Shown: positions 51,065 through 63,290, numbered from the stretch's first letter. The stretch is 64,000 nucleotides of DNA from Mobula hypostoma (GCF_963921235.1 NC_086097.1:109122001-109186000), one strand, 5' to 3'. Translations and numbers: made by a program. The notes: generated from the sequence alone by a model not told the origin.

Positions 51065-51480
51065 AGGAAAGAGTTATTAAACTGGAGAGAATCCATTAAT
51101 GATTTACGGGGAAGTTGTTCAGATTCATGGGACTATGTTATAGGGAGAAGCTGGACAGGCGAAGACATTTTTCTTTGGAATACGGGAAACAGAGAAGTGA
51201 TCTTATAGAGTTGTATAAGATCATGCAGAGTGAATATACTTATCGTTTCCCCAGGATTGTGGAATCACAAACCAGAGAACATGAGTTTAAGGTGAGGGGG
51301 GAAAAATTTTAACAGGAACCTGAGGGACAACCTTTTGTAACAGAGGGCATATGGAATTAACTACCAACATAAGGTTCTTGAGGCAGTTACAACAAAACCC
51401 TTGAAAAGACAATTGGACAGGTACAATGGATGTGAAATGTCCATGGGCTAAATAAGGCTAGCTTGGATAGGCAGCTTGAT
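51065..51480 (+). mobile_element. Old CR1 3' fragment
   Basis: GLCYREKLDR...RSDLIELYKIM...FKVRGEKF. Confidence 0.7.
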
Positions 51481-51739
51481 GACTGTAAAGCTTCAAATTG
51501 TCAAGCATTCACCATCATAGGAGTGGAAACCTGCCTCGTATCGAAATGATTTCGTAAGCATATTAAACAACAAGTAAAAAAGGAAAGGCTAAGAAATCAG
51601 AATTTATTTTTCCAGTTAAAGGATAGAATGTTATTATTGTGAATATCAATAAATTCCTAATTGTAAAAATTGTAATTTCTACATCTATATTTCTACATCG
51701 AAGTTACTTGTGCCTTTGCGCTGCTGAACATTCCACAAA

Positions 51740-51865
51740 CAGTCCTGATGAAGGGTCTCGGCCCAAAACATCGACTGTACTCTTTTCCACAGATACTGTC
51801 TGACCTGCTGAGCTCCTCCAGCATGTTGTGTGTGTGTTACTTGGATTTCCAGCACCTGCAGATTT
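51740..51865 (+). repeat. Short Penelope-like terminal fragment; hammerhead motif with GAAA changed to AAAA
   Basis: cagtcctgatgaagggtctcggcccaaaacatcgactg. Confidence 0.7.
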
Positions 51866-52112
51866 TTTTCATGTTTTTGGATTCCACAAACATGATGGAC
51901 AGCACTCTAGCATTTAACGGTCATAATTTCACAAAGTGATCTCTTGAGTGCTTTCAAAAATGACATGTTTATTGTAGTACTTCCCAATGTTTGCTCCCAT
52001 GTTAATATCTAAATATGCATATTGATCTCAGGAACATGGAAACATGGCTGCCTGGTTCTTACATCCTGCCACATGCTCCTAAATGCACATGGTTTTCTGC
52101 TATTCCATTCAC

Positions 52113-52520
52113 CGTCATCATTATGCGCTGTGTCGTATGACATCATCATTGTGTGCCATGTCATATGATGTCATTGTGTGCCATGTCATATGACATCATT
52201 ATGTGCCCTGTCATATGACGTGGATGATCATGGTCTTTGACCATGATTGTTCTTGGCAAATTTTTCTACAGAGGTCATTTGCTATTGCCTTCTTCTGGGC
52301 AGTGTCTTTACAAGACGAGTAATGTCAATACTCTTCAGAGACTGCCTGCCTGACGTCAGTGGTGGCACAACCAGGACGTGATATGCATCAGATGTTCCCG
52401 TGACTCCTGATTGGGAGGAGGGGGCTAAGCAGGCACTACTCGAGAGTGACCTGCAGGCTAGTGGAGTGAAGGAGCACCGTACATCTCCTTTGCTGGAGAT
52501 GCATTTCTACCCCGTCACAC
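52113..52520 (-). repeat. RTE-tailed SINE with tandemly expanded 3' tail
   Basis: Same family as 19410-19770; tcatt(a/g)tg(t/c)gc..tgtc(a/g)tatga x4 at 52117-52220. Confidence 0.7.
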
Positions 52521-53807
52521 TTCCATTCAGCCCACTTAATAATTTGTTGTTTCTGCTGCAGAGTGTTTAGATTACAGGCTGATCTTTATTGCACACTACT
52601 CCATCAAAAGCGTGGTTTAGAAAAAAAAATTCTGCTCAAATTCTTGAAGGCTCAGGATGAAAAATATTTAATAGGATCAGTTTATGTTATACTGCTTAAT
52701 GTAAGGGACTTGCAGAATTTGGGAGAAGCGTTCTCACTTTCCTCCAGTACTCTGTGACCATGTGTGGGAATATTGGTGAATGTTGTACTTGACCCATCAG
52801 ATTTGATGCAAGCTTTGCTACATCTGCATTAATAGTTGCGTGGCTCATTCTGTAAGTGTATGACAGGGATAAACAACAGGCTGTTTCAGTCCACTGTTAT
52901 CATGCAAGTTCTTAACTATTCTAATCCCCACGTCCTGCTCCTGGTCCATTACATCGATTTTATTAGTACTAAAATGTTATCAAATTGCCTATATCCACCA
53001 GCCTTTCAGTCAGTGTGTTCATATTTCAAATTCTCACTGTGTGAAAACAATGTTCCTCAAATCTTCTCTGTTTACTATTCCTGACTTTGAACCTACATTC
53101 TCCAGTTTAAAACTTAAAAAAAATTATTCACTCAGCTTTTTCCATAGATCCAGTCTCCCTTCATAGCTGAAATGCTTCATCCCAGCAACATCCTGGTGAA
53201 TTACATTTGTACCCCTTCCCCAGTGTATTTACATCTTTCAATGGTGTGACAAGAACTGTGCACAACACTGCAACTGTGGCCCAATTATTGTTTTATAAAT
53301 ACGTAGCATAATCTTTCTGTTCTTGTATTCTTTGCCTTGGCCAGGCTTGCTTACCTGTGCTACAGCCTTCACGAGTGTTTGGACTTGTGCACCAAAGTCC
53401 CTCTGTTCCTCAGTACTTCATAGTACTTTTGATTTTTCCTAGTCTTATTCATGCTTCTAAATTGCATCACTTCACAAATCTCAATTAAGTTTCATGTGCT
53501 ACTGCTCTGCTCATCTTGCTAGCTCATTGGTACCGTCTGTTGTTAAAGACAACTCTCCTCTCTTATTTTTCAGTCATCTTCAAACTTGTCAATCATAACT
53601 GCTACATTCACATCTAGACTGTTAGCATACCTAACAGACTATGTGTCTTGCTCCTGATCCCAGAAAGACCAGAGGGATGCGATTGCTGCTGGATTTGACT
53701 TGGAAGGCAGTGGTCTCCTGTGCCATAGCTGTTCTATTATTCTGTGATTCCATAAGTAGAACCTTTTTTTATGTAAGTTTCTTAATGTTTTGCATGTTTA
53801 ATTTTAG

Positions 53808-53885
53808 GTGAGTTAAGAAATGTCAAGGCTAAGTCAGAACAAATTAAGGATTCCAGTAGGGAAAGTAACCAATTGGAAGTAAAAG
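53808..53885 (+). CDS. PDE1C: PDE1C-like short C-terminal exon
   Basis: aattttag acceptor, gtaggt donor, 78 nt, phase 1-1. (C)ELRNVKAKSEQIKDSSRESNQLEVK; position and length fit the short basic/polar exon after the charged exon in PDE1C, but sequence similarity is weak. Confidence 0.7.
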
Positions 53886-54294
53886 GTAGGTTTGTGTTTT
53901 TGCACAAATTCATATTCTATTTTAACACCATATATCTTGTTTTCAGTAACTCAAGAAATACATTTTCAATATTTAAAACATACATCATCCACCTGGTTGT
54001 GTTACTTTATGGCGACGTTCTCCTCTACCTTGCTTAAAACTCCAAACAATCTACCTCTCTGAAATAAGCATTTGGATAAGCATTTTGTTACAGCAGCCTA
54101 TTTTGTTTCCTCATGCTTCAATGTTTTTGTTATGCATGGGGAGTTACAAAAATGCAGATAGAAGTTGTTGTTACCTTTATTTATTGCATTATCATCAAGA
54201 AGATATGAGAGTGGAAAGCAAAAAAAATTCAGTTAAAACATTGACATTTTTTGTAGCGGTCATAAATTTGAAATATTACAATTGTAAACACAAG

Positions 54295-54772
54295 ACTTTC
54301 TGCTTGTGCTGGAAACTTTGAGCAGCATACGGAATGGTTAGTTAGGCGGCATCTATGGACGGGAATAAGAGGTCAACATTTTGGGTAAAGACCCTTCATC
54401 AGGACTCAAAAGGATGGGGGCAGAAGCCAGAATAAGAAGGTGGGATGAGGGGAAGGTGTACACGTTGGCAGGTAATAAATGAAACCAGCCAAGGGGAAAG
54501 GTGGGTGAGTGAGTGGGGGGAGGTGGGAAGAAGTTAGAAGCTCGGAGGTGGTAGGTGGAAGAGGCAAAGGGCAAAATAAGAAAGAATCTGATAGGAGAGG
54601 ACAGTGCACCATGGATAGAAGGGGAATGAGGAGCGCCAGAAGGAGAAAATGGGCAGGTGAGCAGAAGAGAAAGGGTGAAAGTGGAAGCAGAATGGGGAAT
54701 GGGAAAAGAGAGAAGAGAAGGGGGGAGGGAGGGGTGAGGAAAATAATGGAAGTTGGAGAAACCCATGTTCAT
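54295..54772 (-). mobile_element. Penelope-like element 3' part, decayed
   Basis: gacccttcatcaggact at 54390 and ggaagttggagaaacccatgttcatg (reverse of MNMGFSNF). Confidence 0.72.
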
Positions 54773-54805
54773 GTTAGCTGGAATAATTGTGTCCAGATCT
54801 ATAAA

Positions 54806-55258
54806 AGTGGCCACTTCATTAGGTACAGAAATGAAACCCAGTGTGGTTTTCTGCTGCTGTAGCCCAGTCACCTCAAGGTTTGATGTGTTGTGCATTCAGA
54901 AATGCTCTTCTGTGTACCATTGTTGTAACACATGGTTATTTAAGTTGCGGTCGCCTTCCCCTCATCTTGAATCTGTCTGGCCATTCTCCTCTGACCTCTC
55001 TCATTAACTGGGTGTTTCACCCATAGAACTGCCACTTATTGGATTTTTTTTTTGTTTTTGCACCATTCTCTGTAAACTCTAGAGACTATTGTGTATGAAA
55101 ATCCCAGGAGATCAGCAGTTTCTGAGATCCTCAAACCACTCCGTCTGGCACCAACAATCATTACACGGTCAAAGTCACTTAGATCACATTTCCTCCCCAT
55201 TCTTTTGTTTGGTAAGAACAACGATTAAACCTCTTGACCATGTCTGCATGCTTTTATA
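54806..55258 (-). mobile_element. Tc1-derived internally deleted DNA transposon
   Basis: agtggccacttcattaggtaca terminal motif; MGRKCDLSDFDRVMIVGARRSGLRISETADLLGFSYTIVSRVYREW paired-like HTH. Confidence 0.8.
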
Positions 55259-55515
55259 CAGGGGTCCCCAACCTTTTTTGCACCACGGACCGGTTTAATA
55301 TTGACAATATTCTTGCGGACCGGCCGACTTACGGGGGGGGGTGGGTGTGTGGGGTGTTCAAGTAGGGTTAAACTCACCTCAACATGTCTTTTACAGTTAG
55401 GGTTGCCAACTTTCTCACTCCCAAACAAGGGACAAAAGTAGCAGTCAAATATGGGACACTTGTGTTTACCCCAAGAAAGACTAGCATGACCATGAAGCCT
55501 TGCGCGGGTACCTGT
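55259..55515 (+). mobile_element. hAT/Charlie-like DNA transposon left end, truncated
   Basis: CAGGGGTCCCCAACCTTTTT terminus preceded by cttttata, which resembles an AT-rich 8-bp Charlie target; no right TIR seen. Confidence 0.65.
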
Positions 55516-55552
55516 GTTTCCAACATGCTCAGTTTTTTATTATCCAACATCT

Positions 55553-56320
55553 ACAGCCACCTATTTTCAATTCTACTTCCTGTTCCCATTCCGACGTGTC
55601 AGTCCATGGCCTTCTCCACTGCCGTGAAGAGGCCACACTCAGTTTGGAGCAGCAACACCTTCAATTCCATCTGGGTAGCCTCCAACCTAATGGCACGAAT
55701 ATCAATTTTGAACATAGAACATAGAAAATATACAGCGCAATGCAGGCCCTTCAGCCCACAATGTTGTGTCGACTATATGTCCTACTCTAGAAGCTGCCTC
55801 AAATTTCCCTACTGCATAGCCCTCTATTTTTCTAAGCTCCATGTACGTATTTAAGAGTCTCTTAAAAGACCCTATTGTATCCGCCTCTACCACTGTCGCT
55901 GGCAGTGCACATTCCACGCTCCCACATTGAACTTCTAGGAATTGCTCCCCCTTCAACAATCCCTTTCCTGTTTCCATCTCTCACCTTATCTCCTTACCTG
56001 CCCATCACCTCCCTCTGGTGCTCCTCCCCCTTTGCTTTCTTCCATGGCCTTCTGTGCCCTCCTATCAGGTTCCCCCTTCCTCAGCTATTTATCTCTTTCA
56101 CCAATCAACTTTCCAGTTCTTTACTTCACACTCCTCCCCCTCTCCTGGTTTCACCTATCACCTACTACCTTGTACTTCTTTTTCCACTCCCCTTCTTAAT
56201 TTGGCTTCTTCTCTTTCTTTCCAGTCCTGATGAAGGGTCTTGGCTCGAAACAGCGATTGTTTACTCTTTTCCATAGATGCTGCCTGGCCTGCTGAGATCC
56301 TCCAGCATTTTGTGTGTGTG
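55553..56320 (+). mobile_element. Penelope-like element 3' part interrupted by a CR1 3' fragment (about 55711-55920, minus)
   Basis: HSDVSVHGLLHCREEATLSLEQQHLQFHLGSLQPNGTNINF, then the (aacatag)n CR1 tail; the UTR resumes with cagtcctgatgaagggtcttggctcgaaac at 56222. Confidence 0.78.
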
Positions 56321-56754
56321 TTGATATACCGCCTTTTGCTTATTTTCACTGTACAGAACAAGCTCAGATAGAACCGTGGTATGCTCTGGAGAATAAACCA
56401 TAAACACTGGAAATACATTTATCTATAGCCTTTGTTGTGGTCTGTGCTCTGAGTCACTTCTTGATATCAGAAGGGGTGAATAATGGCCTCAGTAAAAATG
56501 AATTCAAGAGATAGTTGATTGACTCCTCTGTTTCCAGATGGCTGCAAATTCTTCAGGCATGTGATTGTCACTTAAGTTGAGCTGTGGTACCACTGAGACA
56601 GAGAATATTATTGCCACCTCCTCCTCCAATAGTCATTTAATTCAACATCACCATTCATTGTAGGAAATGGCAAGCCTTTGGATATTTGAATTGATCTATT
56701 GGTTTTGGGATTATTTAGCTCTATTTCATTGCTACTTCTATTGTTTAGTTTGCA

Positions 56755-57082
56755 TGTTCCACTCCCATCAGGGAAGAAGCTACTCAGCACCCATGCCAGG
56801 AGCACTAGACTCGAAAACAGTTACTTCCCCCAAGCTGTCAGGCTGATCAAAGCCTCCACCCATTAACCCACTCCACCGCCACTACATGTACATCACCTTT
56901 GTATATAACAGTTACCTACAGGAATATATTTAGTTTTATAGGATTGCTCTTATATTTAGTTTTTTGTTTCTTTATGCTATTTGTGTTTTTTTTTTAATGT
57001 TGCATCAGGTTCAGAGTAACAATCATTTCTTTCTCCTTTACGCTTGTGTACTGAAGAGTGACAATAAACTATTCTGAATCTT
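56755..57082 (+). repeat. Rex1-type LINE 3' end
   Basis: ctcccatcagggaagaag...aaaacagttacttcccccaagctgtcaggctgatc...gacaataaac. Confidence 0.65.
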
Positions 57083-58193
57083 GAAGTTCACGTGTGGAAA
57101 ATTAGAAAACTAAGGATGCTGGAAATCTGCAGCAGTGACTGACGGTGCTTGCAGGGTTTCATTCTAGCCAATGTTGCAGAATCACAGGTTGATACCTCAT
57201 GTTTTTGTACATCTTGTTCTGCTATTGCCATGTTCTTCCTTACTCCTTGTTTATCAAGGATTAGTCTCCAAACTTGATCTTAATGGTAGAATGAGGGATA
57301 TGTTGGATCACCAGATTATAGATGGTGGAGGAATCCAGTTCTGGAGTTGCTGATGGCTCAGTGACCCAGAGATGGACAGGTGCACAAGACAGGATTCCTT
57401 TCTCCACAAGGTCTATTTGTGATCCCACTAGTACTGTCATGGACACCCACAGTAGATCTGTACAGGTAAATTGGAGAGGACACAGTGAAGCAGATTTAAG
57501 ATATTGGTTACATGTTGAATGTAGCTCTTTAGCTAAAACATATTTAAACTATTTGGAACTTTAAACTATGTAGAACTATTTAACTAAAAAGTATCGTCTG
57601 CATTTGCTTGTCGAACCCCTTCAAATGAGAGTTGGGATTATTTTGAAGTACTGCACAAAAGATTGCAGTTGAATGTGCCTAATGAATGAATCAGAGATTG
57701 AACCTCTCTATCACTGTTTGTATCATAGGTCAAATATGAGAGATTAATTGCAACAAGTATTTGGCTTATTAGCATTCAAATCACAGTACATTTCAAATCA
57801 GATATCCAAATCATGAAACATGAATGAATCTGAAGTTTAATCAGATGTAAAAGGATGGCCAAATAAACAGCAATGAATGGGTAATTAAATCATGTTGTTT
57901 TTTCCCTGCTGGTAAGTCCAAACTAATAAATACCGTTTAAAATAATTTTGGTTTGGATTCAGCTGGCGGAAAATATAGTTAGGAAGTAAACACACATAAA
58001 CATGAATGACAGGAGATAAATCAATGCATCAAGCCCCTTGCATTACAATTACAATATTGTTTACAATGTACGTCAAGAAGTGCCGAAGGCTCTGGGTACC
58101 ATGTATTTAGTAGAATCAGAATCAGGTTTACTATCACTGGCAGATGTTGTGAAATACATCAAAAAATAAATAAGCAGTACAATGAAAGTAGTT

Positions 58194-58308
58194 ACACACA
58201 TCAAAGTTGCTGGTGAACGCAGCAGGCCAGGCAGCATCTATAGGAAGAGGCGCAGTCGACGTTTCAGGCCGAGACCCTTCGTCAGGACTAACTGAAGGAA
58301 GAGTGAGT
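58194..58308 (-). mobile_element. Young Penelope-like terminal fragment with 9-bp TSD
   Basis: aaagtagtt at 58185-58193 and 58309-58317; near-identical to the reverse complement of about 40415-40530. Confidence 0.85.
58253..58290 (-). ncRNA. Minimal type I hammerhead ribozyme motif, intact core
   Basis: Reverse strand UAGUC-CUGACGA-A-GGGU(CUCG)GCCU-GAAA-C-GUC-GACUG differs from 40433-40470 only at the variable N7 position. Confidence 0.75.
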
Positions 58309-59539
58309 AAAGTAGTTCATCGGTTCAGTGTCCATTCAGAAATCTGATGGCAGAGGGGAAGAAGCTGTTCCTGAATCATTGAGTGTGCCTTCAGGCTCCC
58401 GTACCACCTCCTTGATGAGAAGAGGGCATGTCCTGTGTGATGGGGGTCCTTGATGATGGATGCTGCATTTTTGAGTCATTGCTCATTGAAGATGTCCTGA
58501 TTGCTATGGAGGCTAGTGCCCAGGATGGAGCTGACTGAGTTCACAACTTCCTGCAGCTTTTTAAGATCCTGTGCAGTGCCCCCTCACATCATACCAGGTG
58601 GTGTTGCACCCAATTAGAATGCTGTCCACAGTATATCTGTAGAAATTTGTGAGCACCTCTGGTGACATACCAAATCTCCTCAAACTCCGATTGAAATGTA
58701 GCCACTGGATAAATATATAACAGAGATAAAAAAAATACAGACATAGGAAATGAATGGGTGAACAAAATGTCTAGGAGTCTCTTGAAAAGTGTTGGTGTAT
58801 ACTTCAATATTTATACTACTCTGTATTTTAAAGATTTTAATTACTTAACATTGCCAAAGTAGGTTATCACATGAGTTTTCATGTGCAAATGCTCAATTTT
58901 TTTCTTACAGTACAGGAGGAGAATATTTGGCCCATCAAGGCTATGTTGCCTCTCTGGGAAATCTCATCATTTCCACTTCTCGACCAACCTATTCTCTCCT
59001 CTATTACCTTGATTTTCCTACACCTCCCCACCCCAAAACATACACACACAATGTAGGAGAAACCAGAGGACTGAGAGGAAACCTGTACATGCACAGGAAG
59101 AGCATGCAAATTCTATTAAGAATTAATTCCCTTTTGAAGGTGATGAATAATTTTGTCATCATCCATAAAAATAATAATTGTCAGATCAAAAGCACACTTT
59201 CTTATACTCCAACATTTTTAAAATCTATTTTTGAATTCCAGGATTACATAAGCTTTACTAACCAATTATCTAGTTTTCAAGCATTTATGAACTATATATA
59301 GGTCTGGGTCTGCGGGTCTGCCCGTCCACTGGGAAGTTGGAGACCTGTTATCTGCAAGTCTATTGGAGGCCTGTTCTGGGGTTGGTGGACTGTGTGTATG
59401 TGACTGGGTACAAGAGAGGAAAGGGGCTGGTTTTGTTGCTGTTGTGTTGCCTTTTGTGTTCTGTTTGTCATGTTCTGTGTTGTTCTGCTGAGCATTGTGG
59501 GCGTGCTATGTTGGTGTCACAATGTGTGGTACCCAGCTC

Positions 59540-60890
59540 TTCCCTAGTTTGTCCTCCAAAGTGCAGCACCTCACACTTGTCTGCAGTAAATTCAATCTGC
59601 CATTTTTCAGCCCATTTTTCTAGCTGATTCAGATCCAACTGCAAGCTTTGATAGCCTTCCACGCTGTCCACTACACCCCCAATCTTGGTGTCATCCTCAA
59701 ATTTGCTGATCTAATTTACCACATTCAGATCATTGATATAGATGACAAAACAACAGACCCAACACTGGTCCCTGCAGCACACTGCTAGTCACTGGCTTCC
59801 GGTCAGAGAGGCACCCATCTACCACCACACACAGGTTCTCCCAAGAAGCCAATGTTTAATCCAATTTACCACCTCATCTTGAATGCCAAGCAACTGAACC
59901 TACATGACCATCTACCCATCTGCGATATTGCCATAGGCCTTGCTAAAGTCCACTGCCTTTCCTTCATCAAATTTCCTGGTAACTTCCCTGAAAAACTGTA
60001 AATTTGGTTAGACATGACCTACCACGCGCAAAGCCATGTTGACTGTCCCTAATTAAGATCTATCCAAATGCTTATATATCCGGTCCAATAACTTTCCCAC
60101 TACTGATGTCAGGTTCACTGGTCTATAAATTCTCAGCTTATTCTTAAGAGCCTTTCTTAAACAATGGAACAATATTAGTTATCCTCAAATCCTCCGGCAC
60201 ATCACCCATGGCTAATTCCTTTTTAAATGCCTCCGCTGGTGCCCCTGTAATTTCTGCACTAACCTCCCACAAGGTCCAAGGGAAAACATTGTTGTCATGC
60301 TCGGTGGATTTATCTACCCTAACTTGCCTCAAAACAGCAAGCAATTCTTCCTTTGTATTCTGTGTATGGTCTGTGACCTCTCTGCTGCTTTGCCTCACTT
60401 CTATAGACCCTGTGTCTATCTCCCCAGTAAGCATAGCTGCAAAAAATCCATTTATAATCTCCTCCATCTCTTTTGGCTTCATGCATAGGTGACCATACTG
60501 AACTTCAAGAGGACCAATTTTGTTCCTTGCTATCTTTCGCTCTTAATATGTCTGCAGAAGCCCTTGGGATTTTTCTTCTCCTTATCTGCTAGAGCAATCT
60601 CATGCCTTCTTGTTGCCCTCCTGATCTCCTTATTGAGTGTTGTTTTGCATTTCTTATATTCCTCAAGTATCTCATTTACTCCTTGCTGCCTACACCTGCT
60701 GTGCACCTTTTCTAACTAGGGCCTCAATTATCTCTCCAAAACCAAGATTCCCATGAATCTGTTATCCTTGCTTTTTATTCTGATATGAACATGCAAACTC
60801 TGTGCTCTCAAACTTCCACTATTGAAGTCCTCCCACTTAGCAAGCACACTTTTTTCAGAAAGCATCCCGTCCCAATTCTTGCCAGATCTG
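59540..60890 (-). mobile_element. CR1 LINE ORF2 fragment, decayed
   Basis: ORFs 60144-60482(-) VPEDLRITNIVPLFKKGS and 59468-59671(-) WAEKWQIEFTADKCEVLHFG. Confidence 0.85.
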
Positions 60891-61614
60891 TTGTGTCCTG
60901 CAGTTTCTTGTATCTTTATTAGTAACAATCTGGCTGGTCTTGGGTCTTGTCACTCAGATTGCCTGTCCATTCTCACCAGACCTCTTCCTGACTTGTTTGC
61001 CGACACTATCCCTGAGGCTCACACAAATGAACTGAGCAAATATAATACTCAGCCTAAAGCTTTTCTTCATTGCTGTCTTCAAATTTCTCCCTCTGTGATG
61101 ACTATTTACGTATGTTACATTTGTTCCAGTAATATGTGCAAGAAGTGACTGGAAAATCTGTTAGGCCCGATCATGCTCAACCTGACCAGGTCTTCATTTG
61201 CTCCCTAAATCAGCCTTGGGAATACGTTTGCAACCCTGACTTGAGACCATGAGGTGACACATGCTGAGGCCCCATCCTTGGACTGCCTCTGTAAGCCTTT
61301 GACAGCCCTGATAATCAATTGGAAACAACTGAAATGGACCTAAACAACTCAGCAAGATAAAAATTACTTGTGTACTTTTCAAAATCTTCCATTTTTTTAA
61401 GCAAGCTTGCTAGATTGACTGTGACTGGACTCCATTTTATTTTTGAGGAGACTGATGAAGCCTCTGTGAGATTTGCAGTCTCCCACAAGTGAGGCTGGAA
61501 ATTGCTGATGGGGTAGTTGGGTGGGCAGTTTGTGAGGCAGTGCTTTCTGTCCACCACTTAAGCAGGGTTCAGTGTATTCCCAATGAATGGCATTGAGAGT
61601 CTTAATAAATGACT

Positions 61615-63290
61615 TTGAGTCATAGCGTTACACAGCAAAGAAACAGGCTCTTTGGGCAGCCTATCCATGCCAGCGAAGCTGCCTTCCTGAACTAGTCTTA
61701 TTTGCTCGCCTTAGGCCTCTACCTCTCTAAGCCTTCCCTATCCACAAATCTGTTCAAATGCTTTTTGTTCTAATTTGTACTTCCATCTACCACTTCCTCT
61801 CAAAGTCTATTCTACATACCTGTCAGCCTCTATCTGCAAAACTTGCCAGTTAAGTTCCCTTTATCTCCTTCCCCACTCTCTTTAAACCTATGCTGTCATG
61901 TTTTAACTTCCCTTCCTTGGAATAAAGGCTACGCCCAGTAACATTATTGCTGCTCATCATGACTTTATAAACCTCTATGAGAACATAAGACATAGGAGCA
62001 GAATTAGGCCATTCAGCCCATCAAGTCTTCTCTGACATTCCCTCATGGCAGATTAATTATTGCTTTCAACTCCATTCTCCGGCCTCGTAATCATTGAATA
62101 TAGAATTTATCAACCTCCATTTTATGTATACAGCACTCAATAACTCCATAGCCATTTGTGGCAATGAATTCCACAGATTCACCACACACTGGATAAAGAA
62201 ATTCCTCCTAATCTCTGTTCTAAAGGGACATCCTTTAATTTGGAGACTGTGACCTCTGGTCCTAGAGTCCCTCACTACAGGAAACATTCTCTCCACATCC
62301 ACTTTATCTAGGCCTTTCGACATCTGATAGATTTTAATGAGATCCCCTTTATTCTTCCAAACTCCAGTGAGTACAGATCCAGAGCCATCCAGCACTCCTC
62401 CTACATTAACCCTTTCATTCCTGTGACTATTGCCATGAACCCCCTCTGGACCCTCTCCAATGCAACCACATCCTTTTTTAGATAAGGTGCCCAGAACAAA
62501 TGCCCTTCCTTTGGACAACATTGGTGGCGTGGAGAGGGGAGACCTGCAGCATGGGCAACTGCTGGTCCTCCATACAACCGTGCCCAGGCCTGCGCCCTGG
62601 AAACCTCCCAAGGCGTAAATCCATGGTCTCGTCAGACTAACAGATGCCCAGAACCGCACATAATACTCCATACATGGTCTGACAAATGACTTATAAAACC
62701 TCAGCTTTACATCCTTGTTTTTATATTATTGTCCTCTCAAAATGAATGCTAACATTCCAATTGCTTTCCTTACCTTGGACTTAACTTGCAAGTTCAACTT
62801 CGGGGAATCCTGGACGAGGACTCCCAAGTATCTTTGTACCTCTGGTTTCTCAATTTTCTCCCCATTTAGAAAATCGTCCATACATTTATTCCTTCTACCA
62901 AAGTGCATGATCATAGACTTCCCTACACTATGTTCCATCTGCCTATTCTTCGAGTCTAGGTCTGGTACTGTCACCACTCAGTTTTCTTCACTCCAGGGAA
63001 AACAGTCCAGCTTATCCAGCCTTCCCTTCAATAGTCCAATAATCCTAGTAACATCCTTGTGAATCTCCTCCTGTGTGCACTCTAGATTAATCACATCCTT
63101 GCACAAAATATCCCACCAATGTCCTGTACAGCTGTAACATAATGTCTTGGCTCTTGTACCCATTGCCCAAAGCAATGAAGGCAAGCACAACACATCCTTT
63201 TTGCAACACCCTGTCTACCTCTTTAGGGAGCTATTTACTTGCACCCCTAGGTCTTTCTGAGCTACAACACTCCCCCACAGACATTTTACT
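61615..63290 (-). mobile_element. Cluster of CR1 LINE 3' fragments
   Basis: GDLIKIYQMSKGLDKVDVERMFP...VVNLWNSLP (62066-62360); VQRYLGVLVQDS (62726-62977); older pieces at 61615-61980 and 62975-63290. Confidence 0.8.
62498..62644 (+). repeat. Short retroposed insert (probable SINE 3' part) with 10-bp TSD inside CR1
   Basis: tgcccagaac at 62488-62497 and 62645-62654; CR1 coding sequence rejoins across it. Confidence 0.7.

Larger units (their letters stand above)
58113..58710 (-). mobile_element. Rex1/Babar LINE 3' fragment hosting a Penelope-like insert
   Basis: gaatcagaatcaggttta tail; homologous to 6160-6675 and 44350-44890. Confidence 0.8.

Noticed and set aside
57240..57450. MRDMLDHQII as a possible match to the PDE1C extreme C-terminus
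   Set aside because: The minus strand reads IYNLVIQHIPHSTIKIKFGD, which looks like a decayed LINE ORF2 segment, and there is no supporting splice acceptor or frame.
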